A DNA stretch of 64,000 nt from a virus. The notes beneath the pieces were generated by a model. That model did no database searches and was not told where the DNA came from. It worked only from the letters and a program-made list of their open reading frames with translations. A program made the position numbers and the translations under genes. The stretch lies in the IMG/VR virus record IMGVR_UViG_3300044539_000111, positions 50,201 to 114,200 of that record; one strand, given 5' to 3'. Below, one piece after another: positions 1 to 12,100 of the stretch (position 1 is the first letter of the stretch; every line of letters begins with the position of its first letter).

Positions 1-1
1 A

Positions 2-91
2 TTACTTTCTCCGCCTAGTCCTGATCAAGAAACTATATTTGTTACACCTTCAATTAAAAAACAAATAATTGAAGATTATTGTTTTAGTTAA
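2..91 (+). CDS. 3' end of a convergent gene entering from the left (…LLSPPSPDQETIFVTPSIKKQIIEDYCFS*)
   Basis: Frame +2 is open from the window edge to TAA at 89-91 and overlaps the end of the 2008 aa minus-strand gene by 8 nt. This fits the junction between oppositely oriented modules in crAss-like genomes. Confidence 0.5.
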   Translation, partial: LLSPPSPDQETIFVTPSIKKQIIEDYCFS

Positions 92-3000
92 AGAAATCTG
101 AATTTTCTCTTTGAATAGTAGTAGGAGCATCAACTAAACTTCCAGATAAGCCCATAGATTTAAGCACAATATTTAATGCTTTATCTCTGCCTTTTTCTTG
201 AAATTTGTATGGTCCTGCTGCTTTTTCATAGACATCCGGCTCATCAGTAAAATATGTTGCATACAGCGAGCTTGCTAAATCTTCTATTGTAGCTAAACCT
301 CCACCAGTAAACAAAGGTGATTGTCCAGTTACAATATCTTTTGTTGTTGATAGAGCATTAGTTAAAAAGAATGTATCCTCCTCTTTCTTAAAGACCAAAA
401 GCAAACGCAATGTCTGTAACTTTAAATAGTTTTCTGAGTGAAAGCGTTTGTTTGTACCTTTAATTGTTCTTGCATCAGAAATTAAAGGTAATTCAGGTAA
501 GGATGTTGAATGTTTCAACTTTGAATAAATCCCGTCATCATTTGGATCCCAAGTAAAATCAATAAGTCCGTCATCATCATCATCAAAACCAATTGACATG
601 GCTAACATATTAATGATCATTGAAATCATTTTTGCTAAAACTAACTGCATTGCTCCTTTTTTAGCTTGCCAACTATAGGCATCCAGTTGCCAAAATTTTC
701 CTTTATTGCTTACAAGTTCATTTGCTAAAGCAACAATCCCTAAATAAGTTCCAAGCTCAGCCCTGCGCGTTGAATAATTTAATCGTCTTTGACCTCTTTT
801 TCCTTTTTTAGTTCTTATCTGGTATCTATCTAATGCCATTCCAGGAAAAAACTTCATTAAAAAGAACGCAGCCTTTCCCAACAAACTTCTATAAACCTCT
901 GGTTCATTAAACTCATTTGCTATACCAAGTGATTTTTGTAAAAAAGATTGATGTTCATTCATCAAATCTTGTATTTTTTTTCCAAATTTAATGTTACCGT
1001 CCGCATCATAAGTGATTGCCATATCAGCAGGAACACCTGCTACTGTTTGTATTTTTCCATCAACCAATTCTATAGCTTCATCAAGTGATGTTTTCTTACC
1101 GTTTATCATAAAAGAATTATGCTCAAGAATTGCTAGAAATTGATGAACAGGTACAGATTCACTTAAATATTTTCTATCCGCATAGAAAAAACTTCCGCCA
1201 AACAAAGATTGCGCTACAGTTTTAGAACCTCTTGCACCAATTTCCTTTTTTAAGTTGCCGGGTATAGCATTTAAAATATCTAATAATTGCAATCTTGCAC
1301 TTACATTCTTATTAGAATACTGCATAGCAATTAATTCCCCCATAACAGAAGCAGACTTTCCTCTTGTTAAAGCAACATCCTTCATATTATAAACCGATCC
1401 TTCTGTTGCTTTTTTGTACATCATGGATTTACCTCCAACATAATTTCGCACAGACTTAACCGGATCTAATGCAAATGATGTAAAAGACATCCATCTTTGT
1501 AACCCACCAATAACTCTTGCGGTAAACATTGTTCCACCAGAAGCATCAGTGCCACCACTTACAAATCCTGTAATTGTAACACCTTTAAAATTTTTGTCTA
1601 TTATTTCTCTAATGTTTTTAATTCTTCTGCTTTGAGTAGAATCTTGTTTTTCTAACAACTCTGAGTCTTTAAGCATTTTGTCCACTACTGTTTTTGCAGG
1701 ATTAGTGTACATGTTTGTCATTGCATTTTCAAAAACATTTGCAAATGAATTTACTTTACGCATGCCTTTAAAATGCTCAATAGAATAAGAATGATCCATC
1801 ATTTTATCAATGATGTTAGTGGACACATCTGAAATATCAAGTTTATAACTACCACCTATTGGTCTGGTCAATGTTTTGTAAGAAGCTGTTTGTTGGTCAT
1901 TTGTTCTAATGCCATATTCAAAATCATCTTCTGCACCACGCCACGTTTCAGCAACCCTGTTCCATTTTCTTTGAAAATAATTTTTGTCATACTCCTCAAT
2001 ATCGCCTTTTCTATAACGCGGATAACTCAAATACATTTTTTGAGAAGCATCCAATCCTTTTTGATTATCCAGATGTTTATTCTTTAAATAATCTAACAGG
2101 TTCCATAAATTCCTTTGATTAGAAAACATCTTTTTGTATGTACCATTTACATACTTTGCATTTGGATCTGTTTCATCTAAGTTTTTAGGAAGCCAGTTCC
2201 CTCTGTTATCAACTGTAGCAATAACAAGGTCCCCGTTGTTGTCAACATAATCCCTTTCAATCTTAGCTGTTTCAAATTCTTGTTTTACTTTTCTGCGGTA
2301 GTATGCTCTAGTTGGAATACGCGGAACACCATTTAATTCAATGTATCCATTTGGAGAAAATTCAGCAGGAATTTTTGTACCTAATACACTTTTAGTTTCA
2401 TAATCTGAAATTTCACTAGGCATTGTAAATTGCCAAGCTGCCGTTGGTCGGTTGCGAGTAAACTCTCCAACAAAATGACCATCAACTTTATCAAATTCAT
2501 TTACTGATTCAGTATAATGATTTCTATCAAACCATTCTTTAAACTCAGGGCTAGTAGCAGATAATGCATCTGTAAATTTAGTATCCTTAATTGCTTCAAA
2601 AATATCTTGAGATGTTGGAAATTCACCATCAACAAAATCATAAGCTTTAAATGCATCTTCAAATATATTAGCAAACGCATCATTTGTTTCTACAAATGCT
2701 TTTAAGTTTGAAATATACTGCTGTGTCAATCCGGAAAGCTTAGAACCGTTAAGTTCTTTATCAATCTCTCTTACTCTGTCCAGTGTATCTTTATCTATTC
2801 CTAGATTAGCTAAACGCTTTTGTAAATCTATCCAAAAATTATTGTAGAAATCTTGGTCATTGTCATATTCAAACTCACCATTTTCTAAATAGTATTCTTC
2901 AATTCTTCTAAAGTTACGCATCTCTTGAGGACTATAACCTTTGATATTCAACCACTGTTCTTTCAAATTAGAAATAGTTTGTTGAATGTCTTTTATTTTT

Positions 3001-6000
3001 GCTTGAGCAGTTGGTGTTAAATCATTACCATTGTACTGATTAAAATTATCTTTAGATGGCTTTAGGATTCCGTAAATCTGCTCATACATTGGAGTGACAT
3101 CAATGAATGAATTATTAATTCTAGTAATTGGTTCTACTAAAAAACTTCTTTCCTCAATTAATGCTGCTCTGTTAATGTAATAGTTTTCACTTACAGCAAT
3201 CGTAGTGTTGTGCTTAATCCATTCTTCCATTACTGCATTATATGCATCGCTTCCTGGATGTTTACCTTTAGAAACTAACTCATCATGCAAAAGTTCAAGA
3301 GCTAACTCAAAAGCATTTTCTTTTTCTTCCCACTCATAAAATTCAGAAATCTCATTCCTATAGCCGGTAAGTATTTCAGCAATTTCTCTTGATATACCTG
3401 TTTTTTCTTCACCTGTTTTAAAATCATAAATATTGTGAAGCAATTGGTATTCATTCCAGAGTTCATTTAATGCATCAACTTTCCCAAAGTTTGTAGGATT
3501 GACATCAGCATTTTCAGAAATAACTCGCATCCTATCAAATATATCATCCAGTGCAGCTTTAGCTAATTTACCTGAATCAGTTTTAAAATATCTAGCAGCA
3601 ACTTGATAGAACTCATCCGTGTAATCACGGTTCATATACTTAGTGTCAAAATCTTCTAATGCTTCTTTAGCTTTTTCAAATTCTGCCTTTAAAGGATCTC
3701 TAGATTTTGCATCTTTATTTAAATTAAATTTTTGTCTAGCAAACTTAACAGCATCAAGAAGAAGCTGTCTATCATATTCATAGTTGTGGAAGTTACTCAA
3801 AAACTGCCACTCTAAAAATTCTTCTGATTCACCTTTGTTATTTGTTTTAAATGAACGGTTTATTTGACCAACTTCTTTTCCAAGTTTACCTTCACCTAAA
3901 AAATGTGTATCATAACCCGCAGCTTTTAAAAGTGGCTGTAAGTTGTTTAATAATTCACCTCTTCTTGCATTAGCATTACCATCAATGGTATTAAAAGTCT
4001 TCATTAAAAAAGAATAGAATCCGCCAACAATTTGGTCCTGGTTATTCATAAATGACTCAAACAAACCATTCCATTTATGTGAATCACCTAATCTCCCCTC
4101 TGCTTTTGCTCTAAGCGCATCTTTAGAAATTACATGTGAATTAAATGTTGCTAATTTAAGTTCTTGCAACTTTATCATTTCATCTCTAGTAAGACTTGCT
4201 TCAGGTTTATTTTTTAACCTGTTGTACTCAACCATGTCTGTTGGAGTCAAACCGTAATATTCTGCATGTAATTTATTGTACGCAGCCATAGAACCGACTT
4301 TCTTTAATGAATCCATTTGATCAAGATAATCTTTTTTAATTGGAGTCATTAATTCATTTAAGTGATCATACAAAACATCAATCACTGAATCTATTTGTAA
4401 ACTATCAGAAATTCTTTTACCTGCATCTAATTTTTCTTGTAGTTCATCTAATGCATCATAAATAGGGTTGACTTGTTGACCAGTTAAAGGATCAGTTACT
4501 AATGAATAGGTTGTATATTCAGATTTCCAATCTGTTATTTTAGCTAACCACTCTTCATTGTATTGCATGATTGCAAACAATTGGTCAAATTCATTGTTTT
4601 CTTTTACGCCAGACGCAGCCAGTGCTTTTAATTTATTATTAAGCAAATCCACAACTTCATCTACAGTTGAAATAACTTGAACAAAAGAATTAATCTTGTT
4701 GTTAAAGCTGATAATGTCTGCATCAATAGCAGTATTACCTGTAATGTTTAAAGCATCTAATGGGATAACGATATTTCTTGAACCAAATGTAGCTAGTCCT
4801 TCAAGAATCATTTGAGCTTGATTTAAAAGACCTTCTCTATTTTCATCAGCCAATCCTACTTCAATAGTTTTAAAGATGTCATTCTCTGCTTTAAAGTTTG
4901 ACAGTTGCAGTTTAACTACATCATGAAACTTGTTCATCAACTCCTGAGTTTTCTTTGCAGAACCATCTTTGATTTGTTGTTTAAGTAATTCATAATCTGT
5001 CTTAAACATTACCATCAAATCCTTGTCTAAAAACTCTGTGTCCAAAATAAATTCCTCCCCGTAGTTGATCATTTTTACCAGATCAGCCAATGTAGTTTTA
5101 GAATTAAGTTTTGACACATCTATTTTCTTTCCAAATACTTTTCTAAGAAACTGTTTGATTTGAAAGAATAGGTTTTGAATAAAACTTTTAGGTGCTACAT
5201 CTTCATTCTCATTGATTGCTTCTAAAGATGTAACAATTGCTTCCTCCATATAAGCAGCCGTACCCGGAGTTAAATCCGGATCTAAATTAAGATCAGCTAT
5301 AATACGTTGACCAAGTTCTGTAGCAGCAAGGTCATCAAATAATTTTTGAAATAGCTCAGGATTTTGTTTACTCATAGATTTTACAATCGGGTGAGCAAAC
5401 TCATGAAACACATCTGACGCAGTTAAATTACCTGCAACAATGTAAACCTTACCTGCTTGATAAAAAGCTTTTCTGTAAGACTGATTAGGAAACTTTTCTT
5501 CTAGTTCTTTTTGTGTAATTACTTCATAAGGAACATTCAATTGTTTAGATAATTTTTCAGCAACATCTAACGCTTTTGCTTTGTTTTCTACTTCAACAAC
5601 TTGTTCAAACTGATTTATAAATTCATCAATGCTTGGCATTTGCAAATCCATAGATTCATTTACCGTGTCTTGAAAATCTTGTTCTTCTTCCTCAAGTCTT
5701 TTAAATAACTTTTCTAGAACAACATTAGCAGGCCTAACAACTTTATTTGTTTCAAAATAGTCACGCCATGCTTCTTTTTCACCAATAGCATTTGCTAACT
5801 CATTAAATTTTTGTTGATCAACGGGATCTTCAATTTTATTATAGGCTGGGTTATCTATTAGCAAGCTTAATTCTTTGTCAGAAATAAGTGCAACCTCAGA
5901 TGGATTTTTAAAACCCCAGTCTTCAGTTTGTCCAATAAGCTCTTGCTCTTTTGTTATTGGAGTGCTTTCTTTAAATTCAAGAGTATCATCATACATTTTG

Positions 6001-6110
6001 TATGTTTGCTCTTGCATGAGTTTATCATACATGATTTCAGCCAATAAAAAATTTGGCTCCTGCTCAAGAATTTTCTTAAATTCTGGTGAATTTGGATTTA
6101 CACAGCTCAT
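84..6110 (-). CDS. Giant virion cargo/ejection protein (2008 aa) with N-terminal zincin-like metallopeptidase domain
   Basis: HEFAH at 5391-5405, preceded by 'KAFYQAGKVYIV' and followed by 'YMEEAIV'. Hydrophobic helices near the C-terminus (QLVLAKMISMIINMLAMSIG). Last of the three giant genes of the crAss virion-RNAP locus, with a 4-nt overlap with the upstream gene. Confidence 0.8.
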   Translation of the reverse strand: MSCVNPNSPEFKKILEQEPNFLLAEIMYDKLMQEQTYKMYDDTLEFKESTPITKEQELIGQTEDWGFKNPSEVALISDKELSLLIDNPAYNKIEDPVDQQKFNELANAIGEKEAWRDYFETNKVVRPANVVLEKLFKRLEEEEQDFQDTVNESMDLQMPSIDEFINQFEQVVEVENKAKALDVAEKLSKQLNVPYEVITQKELEEKFPNQSYRKAFYQAGKVYIVAGNLTASDVFHEFAHPIVKSMSKQNPELFQKLFDDLAATELGQRIIADLNLDPDLTPGTAAYMEEAIVTSLEAINENEDVAPKSFIQNLFFQIKQFLRKVFGKKIDVSKLNSKTTLADLVKMINYGEEFILDTEFLDKDLMVMFKTDYELLKQQIKDGSAKKTQELMNKFHDVVKLQLSNFKAENDIFKTIEVGLADENREGLLNQAQMILEGLATFGSRNIVIPLDALNITGNTAIDADIISFNNKINSFVQVISTVDEVVDLLNNKLKALAASGVKENNEFDQLFAIMQYNEEWLAKITDWKSEYTTYSLVTDPLTGQQVNPIYDALDELQEKLDAGKRISDSLQIDSVIDVLYDHLNELMTPIKKDYLDQMDSLKKVGSMAAYNKLHAEYYGLTPTDMVEYNRLKNKPEASLTRDEMIKLQELKLATFNSHVISKDALRAKAEGRLGDSHKWNGLFESFMNNQDQIVGGFYSFLMKTFNTIDGNANARRGELLNNLQPLLKAAGYDTHFLGEGKLGKEVGQINRSFKTNNKGESEEFLEWQFLSNFHNYEYDRQLLLDAVKFARQKFNLNKDAKSRDPLKAEFEKAKEALEDFDTKYMNRDYTDEFYQVAARYFKTDSGKLAKAALDDIFDRMRVISENADVNPTNFGKVDALNELWNEYQLLHNIYDFKTGEEKTGISREIAEILTGYRNEISEFYEWEEKENAFELALELLHDELVSKGKHPGSDAYNAVMEEWIKHNTTIAVSENYYINRAALIEERSFLVEPITRINNSFIDVTPMYEQIYGILKPSKDNFNQYNGNDLTPTAQAKIKDIQQTISNLKEQWLNIKGYSPQEMRNFRRIEEYYLENGEFEYDNDQDFYNNFWIDLQKRLANLGIDKDTLDRVREIDKELNGSKLSGLTQQYISNLKAFVETNDAFANIFEDAFKAYDFVDGEFPTSQDIFEAIKDTKFTDALSATSPEFKEWFDRNHYTESVNEFDKVDGHFVGEFTRNRPTAAWQFTMPSEISDYETKSVLGTKIPAEFSPNGYIELNGVPRIPTRAYYRRKVKQEFETAKIERDYVDNNGDLVIATVDNRGNWLPKNLDETDPNAKYVNGTYKKMFSNQRNLWNLLDYLKNKHLDNQKGLDASQKMYLSYPRYRKGDIEEYDKNYFQRKWNRVAETWRGAEDDFEYGIRTNDQQTASYKTLTRPIGGSYKLDISDVSTNIIDKMMDHSYSIEHFKGMRKVNSFANVFENAMTNMYTNPAKTVVDKMLKDSELLEKQDSTQSRRIKNIREIIDKNFKGVTITGFVSGGTDASGGTMFTARVIGGLQRWMSFTSFALDPVKSVRNYVGGKSMMYKKATEGSVYNMKDVALTRGKSASVMGELIAMQYSNKNVSARLQLLDILNAIPGNLKKEIGARGSKTVAQSLFGGSFFYADRKYLSESVPVHQFLAILEHNSFMINGKKTSLDEAIELVDGKIQTVAGVPADMAITYDADGNIKFGKKIQDLMNEHQSFLQKSLGIANEFNEPEVYRSLLGKAAFFLMKFFPGMALDRYQIRTKKGKRGQRRLNYSTRRAELGTYLGIVALANELVSNKGKFWQLDAYSWQAKKGAMQLVLAKMISMIINMLAMSIGFDDDDDGLIDFTWDPNDDGIYSKLKHSTSLPELPLISDARTIKGTNKRFHSENYLKLQTLRLLLVFKKEEDTFFLTNALSTTKDIVTGQSPLFTGGGLATIEDLASSLYATYFTDEPDVYEKAAGPYKFQEKGRDKALNIVLKSMGLSGSLVDAPTTIQRENSDFFN

Positions 6111-9100
6111 TTATAACATGCTTTAAGTTTCTCAATAATTATTTTTTGCACAAGATCATTTCCTTTTGCAAGTGCTTCTTCAATGTATTGTTTTGCATCT
6201 GCTACAGTATGTTCTTTTTGAAGACTTACTGTTAGCTTTTTAGCAAAGTTAACTAATATAGTTTGTTTTTGTTCGGCAGTAAACGGCAGTGTATTAAAAG
6301 TCAAAGAACCCGCTTGTTTTAACTGAGTAATATTATCTTCTAATCTTTTAAGTTCTTCCTGTAAAAATTTATATGTTTCAGGAGCTCTTGTGGGTAATTC
6401 AGCTAAACCAACACCCATTTGTGGAATTATAAGTTTAGAATATTTTCCAGTGTTCCATTCTGCAATTGCTTTGTTTATGTCTTCAGTAATTATTTTTTTA
6501 TTTTCTTGTAACTCTTTATCTGATTTGTATGCTTCTTCGCCTCTTGCAGGTAATTTTTTAGTAGATATACCAATTGCATTTGGTTCATCGCGCATTTCTT
6601 TTGCTTGACCACCTAATCCTTTTCTTATATCATTATCTCCAAATAAATACAAAGTTGCAGGATTTGCTTTAAGTTCACTTCTTAAAATAATTTTATCTGT
6701 TTTTTCAACAACGCCTGTAGATAATTGAGTAGTTGGAGCAGACCAATCATGTTGATTAATTAAATAATCTAATGCTGTAGCATGTGTAGCATAACCTTTT
6801 TCTTGATAATAAAGAATTGAAGATCCTTTAATTTTTCCTGAAGCAATGTCATTAATTATTGCTTGTCTATATTCTTCAGTTGCATTTGCATTACCTAAAT
6901 TTTCTCCAGTTGTCATCCAATGAATAAATTTCATAGTAGAAATTTTACCTGCTTCATCTCTTGACGTTTGTTCATCTTGCCAATCAAATGGATTACCCAA
7001 TGTTAAACCATCTTTGTAGTTTTGCAAAAATGATTTTTTAGAATTACCTCTAAAAGCAATAATCATTGTTTTTAGTTTACCGGTTTTTCTATTCATTTTA
7101 TTATCAAACAAACTGCGCGCTTCAGGTACAATATCATTCCAAAAATTCTTACCTGTGTATGTGGTATTTACATCTAAATCAGATGGTAGAACAACATTTT
7201 CTGATTTAGTTTTATCACCAAGCTGCTCATAAATATTTTGAGCTGCTGATTTTGTTTTAACCGGAACAGGTGTTTGATTAAGTTTAGCACTAGATGTAAG
7301 TACAGCTTGTCTATATTCCATTAAAGTTTCTTCTACTAATGAATCAAACAAAGTTTTACCAACAACAATTCTACCTGATGAAAATTTAAGTTCATTGATG
7401 AATTTAACTCTGAAGCCCACATAATTATTTTTTTTGTAGCTGGTATCTAAATCAGCAATAATTGAGCGTAATTGTTCTTTAACTATCTCTTTTCCATTGT
7501 TGATTAATTCAGACTGAGTAAGCTTTGTAAACCACTCAGGAGTCTTTCTATTTATATCATCATAAAGTATATCCAATAGTTCATTAAACACATTAGAGTT
7601 TGCTGTTCTTGTATCTGTTAGTTTTGGATCATACATTGGATCAGTTACACTTTCAAATGCTTTAGCTGAAATCATTTCATTGTATGTACCTAGCTCTGAA
7701 TAACGTATTACTTTTTTAAATCCAAGACCTTCCAAATGTTTTACAGCCATGTCATCTATACCGGAAGCTGTACCTACAAAGAATGAAGACACACCTGCTT
7801 CTACAGCCTTATCTATTAATGGCTTATGATAAGCATCAAAAGTTTTTTCAACCGCTGTTACAAACTCTTCTTTCTTTTTACCTAAGTATGCATTTTGAGT
7901 AATAGTACTACCAAACACCCAAACTTTATCTGTAGGAACAAATTCAGTTTTTGCTGACTTAGGTTTGGCTAAGGTTCCAGGATGAAAAGATTCTAAAGCT
8001 GCGGCATACGCTGCAGATGATGACTCATACTTAGAATTAAGTGGAGTTGTAGCTTTACCAATTGCTTTAGTGGCAGAGTTTGCCATCGCCTCATCTTTAA
8101 TTGCAAATTTTTCTTTGAAGACATTTGACTGAGCAACTGATAAAAATCCTTTTTTAGCATTTTTAGTTTTGTATCTTAAACTTGGTAAGTCACCTGAATT
8201 ATCAATACCTAAAATAAGCAAAGCCTTATCTAATTCTTTTTGACTTTTTCCTTCCGGTGCAATAAATTTCTGATCTCTAATTACCCATTCCATATTCTGA
8301 ATTGATTCAGCAAATGCTAATGGAGTCATTGATTCATCATTGTAGAAGTACTCAAGTTTTAATTCCTTTTGTTCTGCTGTTATAGCTTTAGCTAAAGGAA
8401 TTTTTGTAATGTTACTTGCTCTTACTTTTGATTCTTTGAGCTTAATATCTTTTGAGAATTTTAGTTTGTCAACAAGATAGTTAGCACCACGAACTTTCAT
8501 ACGCATTCCAGTGCCAACAATCATTCCTTGGTACAAGTTTTTAAACTGATCAATAATTTGTGCATCAATTTCTTTTCTGTTTTCTCTTTGGTCAAAACTT
8601 TTTTGCAATTCATCCAGCACTTGATAAATATACGGAAGACCAATTTGATTTGTTATTGCTTGTTCAAAGTAACTCTGATCAATAATTGGGAGCATGGAAT
8701 ACTTTGAAGCACGGTTAACACCAGACTGCATTATTGCAAGGTGATTTAATTTGTTGATGAAATTTTTAACTTCAGGATGTGGACTGTTTTTAAGTTCTTG
8801 AATATTTTCTCTATAGATAGAAGCCATTTGTGGATCTTTCACCTGCGGAAAATAAATGTTGTTCTTTTTAGCAGATTCATTAAAGTCATATTTTACATCT
8901 CTGAATAAAGCATAGTTTTCTAATTCAGGATAAAGAGCTTTTAAGTTTTGAACAACAGATGCAGCACCAGTAGAAATATCAAACATAGCACTTACATTCC
9001 CTGTGTTATATAAAGCAGCTCTTCCCAATATAATTAGTTTTCCTTGCTCAAAACCTTGATTCATAAATGTTCTCTTTGGTTGATCAAACACTTTGAATTT

Positions 9101-12100
9101 TTCTTTAAACTCATCAACAGTTAAAGTTTCAGCAACCTTAGAAAGATTACTGTATTCAAGTCTAAACTTAACCCATTCTTTTGGTAAAGCGTTGTTAAAG
9201 AATTTTCTGAATGGCATAAACTCCAACATGTTTGCTTCTTTAAAGTAAACATCTGGGCTGTATCTTACTTCACCAGTTTCTTCATTAATGTCCATACCAA
9301 ACTCAACAGATGCATCTTCAACTAAAGTATAGGATTTTCCAACTATGTCAATTTTTTCTGTATCACCTTTGATAAACTTTGTTGGACTTGTAGTATAACT
9401 GTTATCATTATAGACTGCATTTTGATACAAGAACCAAAGAAAGTCATTTTTAAAATCAGCAAGTAATTTTCTTTGATCAACACCCTTTGGTCTTTTTAAA
9501 TCAAGCGATCTTAAAATCAAAGCTTTGTTGTTTCTAAGTTTAAAATACTTAGAAAATAAATCAACAATGAACTCATCATTGTTAAATTTACCAACAGGTG
9601 TATCTTTTAATTTGTCAAACCATGCATCTGGAATCATCTTTTCTGCAATAGGAATTAATTTAAACTCCTCTATTGATTCAATTCTAGCTTGTGCTTCACT
9701 GATGTTTGAAATTTTCTGAGTATCAAATTTTGATACCATTGTAAAATCAGTTAATGCCTGAGCCATTTGTTTTATCTGAAGAAAATGAGATAAGATTTCC
9801 ATATCTCTATAGTTGGGTTCTTGCCCTAATCTATTTGCAATATCTTCATTTGTAAAAGGTTTTGCTGTGTTTGCAATTCTATTAAATGATCCTAAAGAAC
9901 TAGCTTTAGTTACATTTGTTGGATCACTAAAAACATTAGCATATTTTTTACTCAATACTTCCGCTGCTTTTCCAAGCGTGTCAGTTTTACCTTTCTCGTA
10001 ATCTTCAGACAACGCAGCAAATACTCCTTTGTATTCTTCTAGTACTTGATTAAATTCTAAAACTAATGGATTATTCACCATGTTAATAGCTGACGTTACA
10101 TTCATACCTGCCATCACCATAAATAATAATACAGGCGCAGTTTCTTTAGTACCTTGAGCATCAAAAATCCAAGCATCTTTAGCAACATCCACAAAACCAT
10201 TAATAAGCTGAGAAAGAATATCTGAAATTTCTAAGCCGTCCACATTTTTCATTGCGCCTAAAGTGATTGCATTTTTTTCAACATTCAAATTAAATCCAGG
10301 AGTACCTGCATCAGTTACAAAATTTAATTTTTTGTTGCTAAACGTATCAACTGTTTTTAATGCTGCTGCATACTGAGGCGTGTTTGCTTTTCCAAAGTCT
10401 TGAAGAAGCTCTAATGCTTTTACAAACTTAGCTTGATCTTCATTGCTTGTTTCTTGCAAAGTTGCACCAAATGTTGTAAAAAGTGCATAGAATGTAGACG
10501 TAACCGCAGCAATCCCTAATGAATCTTTTCCTACAGAATTTTCCTGATGCTTTAATAAGTTAAACCTGTACTCAAAAATGGAAGTGTTTGAGATTTTTCC
10601 ATTTTTCTGAATCTTGTTGTAGTTTTTCTTAGTCAATTTACCTGCATCTCTGGAAGGTCCTTCGGTATCTTTAGTTGTATTCGGAGTAATCAAATGCTTT
10701 AAGTTATCATTCATCAAAACTCTTTCATTCAACAAATCAAAAAACCTATTCTCTAATCCTTTAACACCTTTGCCATCACGTTCTCTTTGGAAGTTAGCAA
10801 TGTTTACCTTAATGGCATCTACAGCTTCCTGACTCTTCTCTATTTTAGACATGAACTCAAGATAGTTTTCTTTTACAACAGCCATTCTATCAGCCTTGTT
10901 TTTAATTACTGTATCAAAGAAAGCATTTGTTTCACTTTGAGCAAAACTTAATAATGTTAATTTTTGATTTACTTTTTCATCAATTTGTTTTTGTAATTCA
11001 CCATGTAGTTTTTCTTGAAACTCATAATCATAGTCTTTGTTTTCATACACAGATTTCTTTTCTGCATACAAAGCATCAATATCTACTTGAAGATCACTTA
11101 TCTCACCATAAAATGCACCAACGTACTCATTTAAACCTTCTTTTTCAACAAGGTAATCCGTGTATTCTTTCCAGTTTTTTTGTAATGCTGTGTTTGCTTT
11201 TTCTAATTTAGGTTCTTCTTTTTCAATACTCTCTCTTATTTCTTCATAAGTTCGATTTGATGATGAATACTTTACTGCTTCTACAGATCCATTGTAGTTT
11301 CTGATATTCATAAACATCATAAATAACTTATCAATATCAAAGTCAGCTCCAGACTGAGAAACAATTTCAGTAGGTAGTATAATTGTAGGACCGGCAAACT
11401 CAGGTAAAAATTCTGCAACTGTAGCAGCAACTAATGAGTTTGGTCCCTGCGTAGGAATACGCACACCAGGAAGTTTAATTAACTCTCCATATTTATTTTG
11501 CCAGTATGTAGTTTTAATTGCATCATTAAGTCTTTGTAATGATGCGTTATAGTCTAATACTTTTTTACCATTTTCATCTTCAGTGTAAACAGCAATTTTT
11601 TCTCCTTTGACATTTTCTGTGTAAAGTAATTTTTTGAAATCACCTTGAAGTGAAATCTTAACATCCATTCCTTTTACAATAGCTTTCCCATCATTATCCA
11701 AAACCTCATTTCCAAACTCATCTTGTAAGAAATAAAACTTCAAACCATTAGAACCATTCTTCAATAAAGCAGCTTGATTAGAACTTTTAAGCATTTCTTC
11801 AGAAACAGATATTCCGCCAGTCACTTGGAACTTTTCAAACATTGTACCTGCAACTTGAACTAAGGCTTCTCCATTAACTGTAATCCTTCTTAAAGTTTTA
11901 TCTACAAGAGTCACTAACAATTCTTCTAGCTTATCGCTAATCAATGACAAAGACAAGTCATCTATTAATGTTCCATCAGGTTTAATCAAATAGCTAATCT
12001 CCTCTGGCAATACCTCTTTAGACTTTAACTTCTCTCTCAAGTAGTTCGCTAGTTTTGAAGAGTCACCGGTATAAGTTTTTTGACCATTAACTGTATCTTC

